A DNA stretch of 64,000 bases. Origin: Candidatus Latescibacterota bacterium. Lineage in GTDB: Bacteria > Latescibacterota > UBA2968 > UBA8231. The notes beneath the pieces were generated by a model. That model did not search any database. It was not told where the DNA came from and was given only the letters and a program-made list of their open reading frames with translations. The stretch is from NCBI GenBank assembly GCA_965223905.1, contig CBDCXV010000011.1, positions 1,088,001-1,152,000 of the forward strand, written 5' to 3'. A program made the translations under genes and the position numbers. Each line of letters starts with the position of its first letter. Position 1 is the stretch's first letter. Below, piece after piece: positions 8,326 to 17,232 of the stretch.

Positions 8326-10956
8326 TCAGTTCTCGAGACCGGCGAAGACCTGGATGAAGATCACGTTGCCGGTCCGGGTGATATCCTTGAAATAGCGGGT
8401 TTCCTGCCGGAAGCCGACCTTGCTGGTCAGCGCGTAGCCGAGGTAGGCCGAGCGGTTGGTGTACTCGGTGGCCAGCACCAGGCCCTGGAAGTCGTCCTCC
8501 TGCGCCGCCGCCCTGACCGCGTCCTTGTCGAGCAGGTTGAAGAAAGCGGTGTACTCGATGCCGAACTCGACCGAGCTGCTTGCCGTGACCGGTTGCATCG
8601 CCAGCAGAGTCAGGGTCTCGCTCAACTCCTTCTGGCGCCGCCCTCCCTGCTCGAAGGGGGAACGGAAGCCGTAGCGGCTCTTGAACTTGGGAATCAGCTT
8701 GAGGCTGCTCACCTGATAGGAGGTGTGGCCGCGGTTGACGATGCCGAGGAACTCGGAGACCTCCTTCAGGCCGGGCCGTTCCTCCCGCTGGGAGTAGCGC
8801 TCGTACTTGATCTTGTTGACGATGGTGGCCCACCCCAGGCCGGTGTAGGTGAAATCGCTGTACAGGGTGTTGATCCAGGTGTCCCTGGCGACGAGGGGGT
8901 CGGCGAAAGCTACCATGGTGCCTCGCGTTCCCGGGGTCACCTCCCAGATCTCGAGGTTTTCCGGGATATCGTCCTTTACCGAGCGGATGTACTCGAAAAG
9001 GCGCCAGACGCCGGCCGGCATGTCCTGCTCGCTGGTCAACAGCGCGTACCAGGCCCGGTTCCTGCGATCGGTGGAGATCAGGTTCTCGCGGAAGCGGCCG
9101 GCCAGCACCCTGACCCCGCGGGCGATCTCGCCGCCGACGTAGGCGTTGTACCCCTGGTGATCCCGCTTGTAGGGGTAGTCCGCCTCGAGGTCGTTCTCGA
9201 AGCGGTCGACGACCGTGTTGTTGTTCATGTCGACCCCGAACAGGTACTCCGGGGGATCGACGACGTAGCGCAGGAAGGGCTCATCGTAGTCGGGGGTGAA
9301 GTTGTCGTTCTGGTTGAAGTCGGAGATGAAGTCGTTGTTGGCGTCGAGCCCGGGGTAGACTCCGCCGAGGCGCCGTTGGACCTGCGCCACCTCGTTGCTC
9401 GAGCGCTGGTTGTCCGCCTTGCGGATCCAGTCCGGCAGGCGGTCCTGGTCGTCGTTGTCCTCGACCATCTCGAACCAGTAGCGCTGCTCGTTGGAGTAGT
9501 CGATGATGCCGCTCTGGTCGGGAACGTACATGGTGGTGCTGTATTCGGGATCCATCGAGAACGCCTCGGCGTAGGCGAACCACGGGTAGAACAGACGCTG
9601 GGCGCTGACGTACCAGGCGTTGGACTTTTCCGAGGCCAGGGTGTGGTCCCGAATCCGGGTGTTGGCGTTGGGAAACCGGCGATGCCGGCGATTTAGGGCG
9701 AACTCGCTGCGCAGCCAGAAACCGTACAAGTCCTCCAGTTCGAAGGTCGCGCTGTAAATCTCGTTGCCTGTCGGCAAACCGTAGTCGAAGCGGACGACCT
9801 GCTGGTTGGTGGCGTCCTTTACGTTTTTCTCCGCCGCAGCGACCGGCAGAAACACCTCCTGCCCGAGATGGCCGAGCTGGCTGTTCGAGGTGACCTCGAT
9901 GCGATAGTCGTTGGCCACCACCAGGTTGAAGGTGACGCGGCGAAACCAGTTCACGTCGCGCACTTCCTGGTCTTCGTTGACGTAGGACCAGCCTTCGAGG
10001 TTGTAGGTTAGGAAGATCTCCTCCGGGCCGCTGGCCTCCCGGCGCCCCTTCTTCACCGTGCCGCCCCTGACTGCGGGCGATATGTCGGCCCGGCGGCCGT
10101 CGATGAAGATCGACTGGCTGAAGAGCAGGGCTCCGCCCTCGCCGTCCTCGGGGGAGTCGTCGCGGAGCCGGATCGTGATTTCCCGGACGAGCTGCCCGTT
10201 CTGGTCCGTGGTCAGCTTCCCCTTCATCGAGTTGTCCGCCCAGTCGTGCAGACTGCGGCCGAGAAAGACGTTGGCGTAGGCGCCCCCCACGGTGACGAAA
10301 TCGCCGACCTGCGCCGTTGCCCGGCCTCCGATCAGGGTGGCGATATCGGTGCGCGCCAGGGGTGGGAACCTTTCGGACTGGAGGGACTTGGCCGGGTCGC
10401 TGGCCCTCGAGGCGATGATGGAAACCGCGTACTTGTCGCTGAGGAAATCCCACTGGACGCCGTTGAAGGTCGGCTTGGAGAACGTCAGCGGGGTCAGCGT
10501 GGTCCTGATCTCCTCACCTATGGTCAGGGCTGTGTAGAACTGCCCCCGGGTGGAGGAGGAGACCAGGAGATTGGAGAACCAGCTGCCGAAGCGGGGATCC
10601 TTGTAGACGGTGCTGCCGAAGGCGCGAGGTTGATCCTGGCTCCAGTCGTAGATCCTCCAGCCCCGGGTGATGTAGTTGCCGTAGATGTCGTACAGGCGCG
10701 AACCTTCCAGCGCCACGTTGGTGTAGCGCTGGTACTGTTGACGCGCGTAGTTCGAATAGCGCCACTGCTCCCAGCCGTACTGGCTGTAGAGCTCCTGGGG
10801 CACGTACCACTTGCGGAACGTCGGGTCCGCGGCCGCCAGGTCGCTCCCCGGGCCCTGAATTCGCGACGGGTCGAACCCGGTGCCGTACTGGGCCGTAGCG
10901 AGTCCGGCGCTGCAGGTGAGGAGCGCACCGGTCAGAGCTGCAATCTTGCTCCGCAT
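8326..10956 (-). CDS. 876 aa secreted protein, probable outer-membrane beta-barrel with Asp-rich Ca-binding loops
   Basis: Signal peptide; Tyr/Phe/Trp-rich alternating strands; DNDDQDRLPD, DANNDFISD and DMNNNTVVD motifs; terminal strand NVIFIQVFAGLEN. The barrel call is inference. Confidence 0.75.
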   Translation of the reverse strand: MRSKIAALTGALLTCSAGLATAQYGTGFDPSRIQGPGSDLAAADPTFRKWYVPQELYSQYGWEQWRYSNYARQQYQRYTNVALEGSRLYDIYGNYITRGWRIYDWSQDQPRAFGSTVYKDPRFGSWFSNLLVSSSTRGQFYTALTIGEEIRTTLTPLTFSKPTFNGVQWDFLSDKYAVSIIASRASDPAKSLQSERFPPLARTDIATLIGGRATAQVGDFVTVGGAYANVFLGRSLHDWADNSMKGKLTTDQNGQLVREITIRLRDDSPEDGEGGALLFSQSIFIDGRRADISPAVRGGTVKKGRREASGPEEIFLTYNLEGWSYVNEDQEVRDVNWFRRVTFNLVVANDYRIEVTSNSQLGHLGQEVFLPVAAAEKNVKDATNQQVVRFDYGLPTGNEIYSATFELEDLYGFWLRSEFALNRRHRRFPNANTRIRDHTLASEKSNAWYVSAQRLFYPWFAYAEAFSMDPEYSTTMYVPDQSGIIDYSNEQRYWFEMVEDNDDQDRLPDWIRKADNQRSSNEVAQVQRRLGGVYPGLDANNDFISDFNQNDNFTPDYDEPFLRYVVDPPEYLFGVDMNNNTVVDRFENDLEADYPYKRDHQGYNAYVGGEIARGVRVLAGRFRENLISTDRRNRAWYALLTSEQDMPAGVWRLFEYIRSVKDDIPENLEIWEVTPGTRGTMVAFADPLVARDTWINTLYSDFTYTGLGWATIVNKIKYERYSQREERPGLKEVSEFLGIVNRGHTSYQVSSLKLIPKFKSRYGFRSPFEQGGRRQKELSETLTLLAMQPVTASSSVEFGIEYTAFFNLLDKDAVRAAAQEDDFQGLVLATEYTNRSAYLGYALTSKVGFRQETRYFKDITRTGNVIFIQVFAGLEN

Positions 10957-11004
10957 TTATCTACTCCCTTCCCTTCTGGCGGGTCACTTGCGGAAGCCCG
11001 CTCC

Positions 11005-12942
11005 TCAGTAGGCGATGCCGACGGTCGCCATCCGGGCGAGTTCCCCGGCGTCGCCGTCGAGCCTGATCCTGCACAGGTACAGCCCCGGAGGCAGCAACCT
11101 GCCCTCCCGGTCCCGTCCATCCCAGCTCAGCTCGAAATCGCCGCTTTCGACCTCCTCCGATAGAACCCCGGCCATCAGGCGTCCGGAGAGGTCGCGTATC
11201 TCCACCTCCAGCACGGCTGCGCCGATCACCTGGGAAACCTGGAAGGCGATGCGGGTCCGGTCGTTGACGTCATCCCCGTTGGGGGTGAGCAGGCGCGGCT
11301 GTATCGACAGGTTGGTCAGGATCCTGCCGAGCGACTGGTCGGAGCCGAGGACGGTCAGGTCTCCCACGGATTCTTCCTCGATGTCCTGCGGAAGCAGATC
11401 GGGGTCCCAGCTGGACCAGACCCGTCCGCCGAAAACGGTGCCGTAAACGAGAATGCTCGCATCGAAGGTCAGCTCCAGGGTGTCCAGGCTGCTGGCGACC
11501 CGGTTCTCCTCTCCGAGCAGCAGCACCTGGAGCGCCTCCCCGGTCCTCGATTCGTACTCTTCGCCCCTGGTCAGCAGGCGGTCCCCCAAGCGGACGCCGA
11601 GCAGCCGGACATCGGTCGGAGTGTCGAGCTCGATGGCGTCGAAGCCGACGTCGTCCTCCCCGATATCGGAGGCCAGCCGGTAGGTGAAGGTGGTATCGAC
11701 CCCCAGCTCGATTCCCTCGCGGGGAGTGATCTGTCCCGCCACCTGGCGCGCCTGGGTCGGACTCGAGAATTCAAAGGCGATGGAGTCGAGCCGCGCGCGG
11801 CTGCTCCGCACCGAGGTCTCGAGGATCGCCCTGAACTGGAAGAACTGCTTCGGCCCGGTGGTCGCCGCCCTCTGTCCCGGCGCTTCGTACGGCGCCGACC
11901 AGAGCGTCCAGTTCTCGATGTCGTCTCCGCTGGAGCCCTGGGAAGGACCCTGCAACCTGCCCCAGGCTGTCTTGTTGTCCTCGTCGCTTCCCTTTTCGAG
12001 CGGCACCTCGGCGCCGACGTCGTTGATCTCGTTGTAGATCCGGGTGGTGGGGTCGCTGCCGAAGCGGGTCTGGATTACCGCCCGGGTTCCCGGGTCGGCT
12101 TCTCCCGACCAGAACAGGCGGTTGAAGTTGGCCGGCGCCGGCAGCTCGATTACCCGGGAAGTGTAGACGGCCCGCTGGACGAAGCCGTCCCCGCGGAGGT
12201 CGATCTGATCGATCTCGAACGGCTGGGGCGTGGTGACCCTGATCTGGAGAAAGCGGGTGTACTCGGGCTCGAAGTCGGAGTTGCGGACCTCGGGCTCGGA
12301 ATTCGAGCCGACCTTGGCGAGGATTTCGAACCCGCAGGAAGCCTGGTTCGGGTTCCAGTAGGAACCGCTCGACCCCCCGGGGTCGCCGCACCGCTCCCAG
12401 ATTTCATCCGAGTCGTCCCTGGTCAGGAGCTCGTACCCCTTGATGAAAAGATCGACGTGGTGGCCGAACAGCAGCGGCCTGAAGATAACCGTGGTGAGGG
12501 GATACGCTATGCCGAGGTCGAGATAGAAGGACACCCCGATGTTGCTGCGGTCGCGGTTGAAGCGGTCGAAGGACACGCCGTCCTCTTCCCCGTCGGCGAG
12601 GATCACCAGCTCGGAGCGCTGGCCGAAGGGCAGGTGATGGGTCCAGATGCGGCCGTCCCCCGGTTCGTCGAAGACCGAGAGGCTGGCCGTGCCCCTCAGC
12701 CGCCCCCGGGCATACAGGTCGTTCAGCAGATTGACGCTGGAATCGGCGCGAACCGGCTGCAGCCACCCCGGCTCGGAATCGACGTCCGCAGCCACCATGG
12801 ATCCCCACTCCGCCCAGGGACGCTCGTCGTTGCCGACCGTGAAGCGGCCGAGCTCTCCGTGGGCGCCCGAACCCAGAACCAGGGCGCCGATCAGGAGCAT
12901 CCGCGATCGCAGCGCGGAGGAGGCTTCAGGCATGGTTGCCAT
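11005..12942 (-). CDS. Secreted protein with C-terminal FlgD-Ig/T9SS-CTD-like domain (paralogue 2)
   Basis: Start at ATG 12942, 12933 or 12900. Signal MLLIGALVLGSGAHG. C-terminus LTPNGDDVND...WDGRDREGRLLPPGLY...VGIAY. Many blocks shared with paralogue 1. Confidence 0.85.
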   Translation of the reverse strand: MATMPEASSALRSRMLLIGALVLGSGAHGELGRFTVGNDERPWAEWGSMVAADVDSEPGWLQPVRADSSVNLLNDLYARGRLRGTASLSVFDEPGDGRIWTHHLPFGQRSELVILADGEEDGVSFDRFNRDRSNIGVSFYLDLGIAYPLTTVIFRPLLFGHHVDLFIKGYELLTRDDSDEIWERCGDPGGSSGSYWNPNQASCGFEILAKVGSNSEPEVRNSDFEPEYTRFLQIRVTTPQPFEIDQIDLRGDGFVQRAVYTSRVIELPAPANFNRLFWSGEADPGTRAVIQTRFGSDPTTRIYNEINDVGAEVPLEKGSDEDNKTAWGRLQGPSQGSSGDDIENWTLWSAPYEAPGQRAATTGPKQFFQFRAILETSVRSSRARLDSIAFEFSSPTQARQVAGQITPREGIELGVDTTFTYRLASDIGEDDVGFDAIELDTPTDVRLLGVRLGDRLLTRGEEYESRTGEALQVLLLGEENRVASSLDTLELTFDASILVYGTVFGGRVWSSWDPDLLPQDIEEESVGDLTVLGSDQSLGRILTNLSIQPRLLTPNGDDVNDRTRIAFQVSQVIGAAVLEVEIRDLSGRLMAGVLSEEVESGDFELSWDGRDREGRLLPPGLYLCRIRLDGDAGELARMATVGIAY

Positions 12943-12961
12943 TCTCCCGTGCAGACCGGCC

Positions 12962-14751
12962 TCAGTAGGCCACCCCGACGGCCCCGAGCCCGACGTGGGT
13001 CTCCGCATCCCCGTCGAGGTGCACGCGCGCCAGGTAGATCCCGGGAGCCACCAGGGCCCCGGAGTCGTCCCTCCCGTCCCAGGGCAGCAGGAAACTGTCG
13101 TTGGCGACCTCCCGGTCGTGGAGCGTGGCCATGGGCCGGCCGGCGAGATCGTATATCCGCACCTCCAGCGGTGCTGGGCCCAGGACCTGGGCAACCTGGA
13201 AGGCGATCAGGGTGCGATCGTTGATCCCGTCCCCGTTGGGGGAGAAGACCGGCGGCTGACTGGAGACGCCTCCGAGTATGCGCCCCAGGGAAGACTCGAA
13301 GCCGAGCACGGTCAGCGCCCCCTCCCGGGCGGCTTCGAGGCGCTGGGGCAGGAGGGCTTCTTCCCAGCTCGCGCGCACGCGGCCGCCGAATACCGTGCCG
13401 TACACGAGCATGGTGGTCTCGAAGCCCAGCTCGACGACGTCCTCGTCGCTGGCGACGCGGTCCCCTTCGTCGAGCAGCCGCACCTCGAGGAGGTTTTTTT
13501 CGATTGTAGTTCCGTAGCTCTCCCCGCCCAGAAGCCTGCCGCCGACGCGGACCCAGCGCACGGTGGCCGGGGAGGGCATGTCGAGTTCCACGGTGTCGAA
13601 GCCGGTATCGTCCGGGTCGATCCGCGGTTCGATGCGATAGGTGAACTCGGAGCGCCGGCCGACGTCGACGGTGTCGGGGGATATGGCGGCCAGCACCTGC
13701 CGGGCCGGCGTGGGAGAGGAGTACTCCAGGGCGATGGAGTCGATCCGGGCCTGACTGGCGATCAGATCGGTTCCCAGATCGATTCGGAACTGGAAGAACC
13801 GGGCCGGTCCCGGCGCGACCAGATCCTGGCCCGACTCCCCGTAGGGATCGGACCATTCCCAGCCTGCGGTATCCTCCAGGGTCCGGGCGAAGCGGGTCCG
13901 CACGACGGCCTCGGCCCCCGGGTCGGTGTCGGCGGCCCAGAACAGTCGTCCGAAGTTGGCGATATCCCCTTCCAGCTCATGCATGTCGATGACTTCGGAA
14001 GTAAACGCCGCCTGCTTGACCGAACCCTCCCCCCTGATTTCGAACTGGTCCATCTCAAACGGTTCCGGCGCCGTGTTCCTGAACCTGATGTAGCGGATGT
14101 ACTGGGGAGGGAAGCTCGAGTTCTGCACCAGCGGATTGACGTTGGTCGCTTCCTGGGTCAGCAGGAAGGCAGGGGACTTGAGATCTGGCTTGCCCAGCAC
14201 ATCGACCGCTTCCGGGTCGCCGTCGTTGGCGAACAGCTGGTAGCCGCGGACGAAATCGTCGTCGTGCGGGTCTCGAAGACGTGGATGAAAGCGGATCTCG
14301 TCTACCGGGAAGGGTGCCCCGAGGTCGATGATGATGGAGACCCCGGCCTTGCTCGAGGCGCCGCCGAGAAAATGGAGGAACGCCTCGTCATCCTCGGTGC
14401 GGCCGTCCGCCAGCAGGATGAGGTTGGCGTTGTCCCCGTCCCCCGTCGCCGCACCGGTGCCGTTCACGGTCCAGATGCGGCCGTCGACCCCGAGCCTGAA
14501 ACCTTCGGCCCTGGGTTTTTCCCGGTGTACAACATGCCGTCGAGAAAAAGCTGGTGCAGGATATTGACGTCCCGCGTGATCCAGACCGGCGCCAGCCATC
14601 CCGGCCGGGCTTCCAGATCGACAGCCTCCATCTCTCCCGCCTGCGCCCAGGGACGCTGGGCATTGCCTACGACGAAGCGCTGAATTTCAGCCAGGGAGGG
14701 TGAAACGGCCGCCAATGAGGTCAGGGCGGTGAGGGTGCAGAGCCGTTTCAT
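12962..14751 (-). CDS. Secreted protein with C-terminal FlgD-Ig/T9SS-CTD-like domain (paralogue 1), frameshifted at T5 run 14516-14520
   Basis: N-terminus MKRLCTLTALTSLAAVSPSLAEIQRFVVGNAQRPW...PGWLAPV matches paralogue 2 (RFTVGNDERPW...PGWLQPV). It continues in ORF 12962-14599 from KPRAEGFRLGVDGRIW to FSPNGDGIND...VGVAY. Confidence 0.82.
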
Positions 14752-14764
14752 CAGGCCGCGGATT

Positions 14765-15502
14765 TTACTCCCGCTCCACCGTTCGCGCGAAGTGGAAAAC
14801 CAGGTCGCGCGTCTCGATCGGCTCGCTGCGATAGTCGAAGCGCAGGGACACCTCTTCGAGCGCCACCGAGACGTTCTCGACGTCGTCGTGCAGCCTGGGG
14901 AAGACGACGAACCCTTCGACTTCCTGTCCTGCGAAGACCAGTTCGGACTCGGGGTACATGGTGCTCCGCAGAATGCTTACGCGCTCGTTGAAGTTGCTGC
15001 TGGGGATGCCGGCGTAGGCGGTGTTGTACGGGTAGTAGGATTCCTTGAGAAAAGAGACGCTGCGGGACGGGTAGATGCGGCCGTTGCCGCTGCCCATCGT
15101 CATGTTCTGGGGATCAATCAGCACCTTCGGGAAGGAGTAGTTCTCCACCTTGAGGAAGAAGATGGTGAAGCGCGACGGGGTACGGGTTTCTCCCTGCGGA
15201 ATCCAGTTGCCGTAGGTGTATGGATTCAGGGAGTTCTCCTCGTCCCCGGAGTACTGCGGGAACTGCCGGTTCACCTCCTCGTCCGTCATCGCCTTGAGGC
15301 TCACCCGGAGCCGCTCGATATGGTGGGTGACCGTGCCGTCGTCGGCGATGCTGACGTTCTCGCCGTGCCGGACCTCGGGCAGCGGCTTCAGCGGGCCGGG
15401 AAGGAGGCGGTAGGCGCATCCGGTTGCCAGCGCCGCCACCAGCAGAACGGCCGCGAGGGAGAGCGGGACTGCGAGTCTGGCCGGGACTTTGTGCAGCTTC
15501 AT
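14765..15502 (-). CDS. Hypothetical lipoprotein
   Basis: MKLHKV...LLVAALATGC lipobox. Mature part is beta-rich (FTIFFLKVENYS, VEGFVVFPRL), Ig-like by inference. Confidence 0.8.
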   Translation of the reverse strand: MKLHKVPARLAVPLSLAAVLLVAALATGCAYRLLPGPLKPLPEVRHGENVSIADDGTVTHHIERLRVSLKAMTDEEVNRQFPQYSGDEENSLNPYTYGNWIPQGETRTPSRFTIFFLKVENYSFPKVLIDPQNMTMGSGNGRIYPSRSVSFLKESYYPYNTAYAGIPSSNFNERVSILRSTMYPESELVFAGQEVEGFVVFPRLHDDVENVSVALEEVSLRFDYRSEPIETRDLVFHFARTVERE

Positions 15503-15528
15503 GTCCAAAGCCTCTGATAGTGGAATGG

Positions 15529-15565
15529 AAGGGGGGCGAGAAATCCCGGATTTCCCGCCCCCCTT
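15529..15565 (-). terminator. Strong intergenic stem-loop (terminator or mRNA-stabilising hairpin)
   Basis: AAGGGGGGCG-AG-AAATCC C GGATTT-CC-CGCCCCCCTT near-perfect inverted repeat 40 nt after the stop at 15605. The U-tract is weak. Confidence 0.55.
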
Positions 15566-15604
15566 GTCGAACGGTGCTTCGTGCGGGCTGGAGCGTTGTG
15601 GATA

Positions 15605-16519
15605 CTACTGGGCCAGCGCCGCCTTCACCCTGCCCCAGGAGCTGTTCTCGACCGCGGTCGCGGTGTTGTAGAGACCCTCGGTATCCTCGACGCTCAACAG
15701 GAACCAGTCGGCCAGCACCTCGCCGCCGATCTGGGAACCCCCACCGAAGTGGAAGCTGACGCCGCCGCTGTTGCCGCCGTCGGCGTCCTTGTCGGAGACG
15801 CTCATGGAAAGGCCGACGATCTCCCCGACCTCCCATTCGGCCAGTCTCGAACCGTCGATGCCGCCTGCGGAGCTGTTGGCGATGTGATCGAAGGGCTGGT
15901 ACAGGTACTCGACATTGTAGGAGCCGTCGGCACCTTCGACCCAGTCCCTGCGGCTGAACTCCAGAAAGACGTAAGGAGGTTCGAAGGCCCAGTCCATCTC
16001 CTCGTGATCGACGAAGGCGCCGGTGATGCCGCCCAGTTTGGGCTGAACGTATATCTGCTGGTAATCGTGCATGGTGTCGAGCATCTGGCCCGTAAAGGAG
16101 ACCTCGCCGCCGTGGTCGGCGTCGATGGCCATCTGAATGTTGTCCTCGGCCCAGCCCATGCAGTAGCATTCGTCCGGGGAGTAGAAGTAGTCGTCGACGA
16201 CCTGGACCGCCCAGAGAACCTGGTCGGTCGCGGGGACCCAGGCGGGCCCGTAGATGAGCAGATCGAAGTCGTCCTTGGTCTTGAGTTGCTCGTCCTCATT
16301 CCACTTCCCGCTGGGAATGAACCAGTCCAGGTTGTAGATGTACTCGTCCGGGAAGAAGGCCCAGTCGCTGAGGTCGCCGTCGATGGCCGGGACCAAGTCC
16401 TGGCGAACGGCGGGGACGAAGAAGGGGTTGCCCTCGTCGTTCGGGCCGTACGCGTGTCCGCTGACCGTCCCGTTAACTGCGAGGATGAGGGCAAATGCTG
16501 CTAGGAATAAGCGATTCAT
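15605..16519 (-). CDS. Secreted acidic protein, CBM9-like/sugar-binding fold, with C-terminal TAVENSSWGRVK tag
   Basis: Signal peptide. PAIDGDLSDW, AVQVVDD, DNIQMAIDAD and VGLSMSVSDKD are CBM9/DOMON-like. Ends TATAVENSSWGRVKAALAQ. Confidence 0.8.
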   Translation of the reverse strand: MNRLFLAAFALILAVNGTVSGHAYGPNDEGNPFFVPAVRQDLVPAIDGDLSDWAFFPDEYIYNLDWFIPSGKWNEDEQLKTKDDFDLLIYGPAWVPATDQVLWAVQVVDDYFYSPDECYCMGWAEDNIQMAIDADHGGEVSFTGQMLDTMHDYQQIYVQPKLGGITGAFVDHEEMDWAFEPPYVFLEFSRRDWVEGADGSYNVEYLYQPFDHIANSSAGGIDGSRLAEWEVGEIVGLSMSVSDKDADGGNSGGVSFHFGGGSQIGGEVLADWFLLSVEDTEGLYNTATAVENSSWGRVKAALAQ

Positions 16520-16646
16520 CAGGTCGATCTCCTGTCAGTTGTTGTTGGGTATCTCAAGTCCGCTCGGATCAGGTGCCGCCCGTTTGTCGCCTCCTTCCGG
16601 TTTCAGGCGGGTTTGAGTTGTCCAACCGGACACTCACTACGCCGTC

Positions 16647-17141
16647 TCAGTATGCGTCCTGCTGTACTGCGAGTTCGATCAGGATGTGCTGTGTTCCCAC
16701 GGGACGGTCCGGATCGGTGGGTACCAGCCGGATGATCGTGTTTCCGTCCATTTCGAACGAGATCTGGTTGCTGTCGTACTTGTCGGAATCCACCCGGAAA
16801 TGAACCTCGGTACCGCCGGGAAGGAACTCTCCCGTCAGGTCGTAGAGCCTGCTCCGCCAGAACTTCCAGGGCAGCGCGTCGCTGACGTCGACCCGCTGCG
16901 GCTGAACGTCTCCGCCCCAGAACTTCAGGGCGATCGGATCGAGGTTCTCCACCTCCATGTTGATTCGGATCGTGCCGGCAGCCGCGTACCCCGGATCGAG
17001 ATCGAGCATGAGGAACAGGCGGCCATCGCCGGAAGAATCCACCGTGTTGTGTGCACAACTCCCCAGCGTCATGCCCGACAGGGCGAGGAAAGCGCAAAAC
17101 GCCGGGATGGGTGTCAGGCGGGGCAAGGGAAGGTGTCGCAT
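16647..17141 (-). CDS. Hypothetical lipoprotein
   Basis: AFLALSGMTLGSC lipobox; beta-rich 164 aa; co-oriented with the cluster. Confidence 0.65.
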   Translation of the reverse strand: MRHLPLPRLTPIPAFCAFLALSGMTLGSCAHNTVDSSGDGRLFLMLDLDPGYAAAGTIRINMEVENLDPIALKFWGGDVQPQRVDVSDALPWKFWRSRLYDLTGEFLPGGTEVHFRVDSDKYDSNQISFEMDGNTIIRLVPTDPDRPVGTQHILIELAVQQDAY

Positions 17142-17232
17142 CTCGGAAACATTGTTCTTTTCCTCTGCAGATGCGAAAAATCGGGGCTAATAAACAGGAG
17201 AGGAATAGTCAAGTCAACAAAAAATATCGGGC

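Noticed and set aside
14510-14525. GGGAAAAAC as a programmed -1 frameshift site
   Set aside because: Not a properly phased X XXY YYZ heptamer, and similar homopolymer indels occur across the window, so error is more parsimonious.
6065-14751. Flagellar hook-cap (flgD) genes
   Set aside because: Only the C-terminal Ig-like domain resembles FlgD. The proteins have Sec signals and no flagellar genes are nearby.
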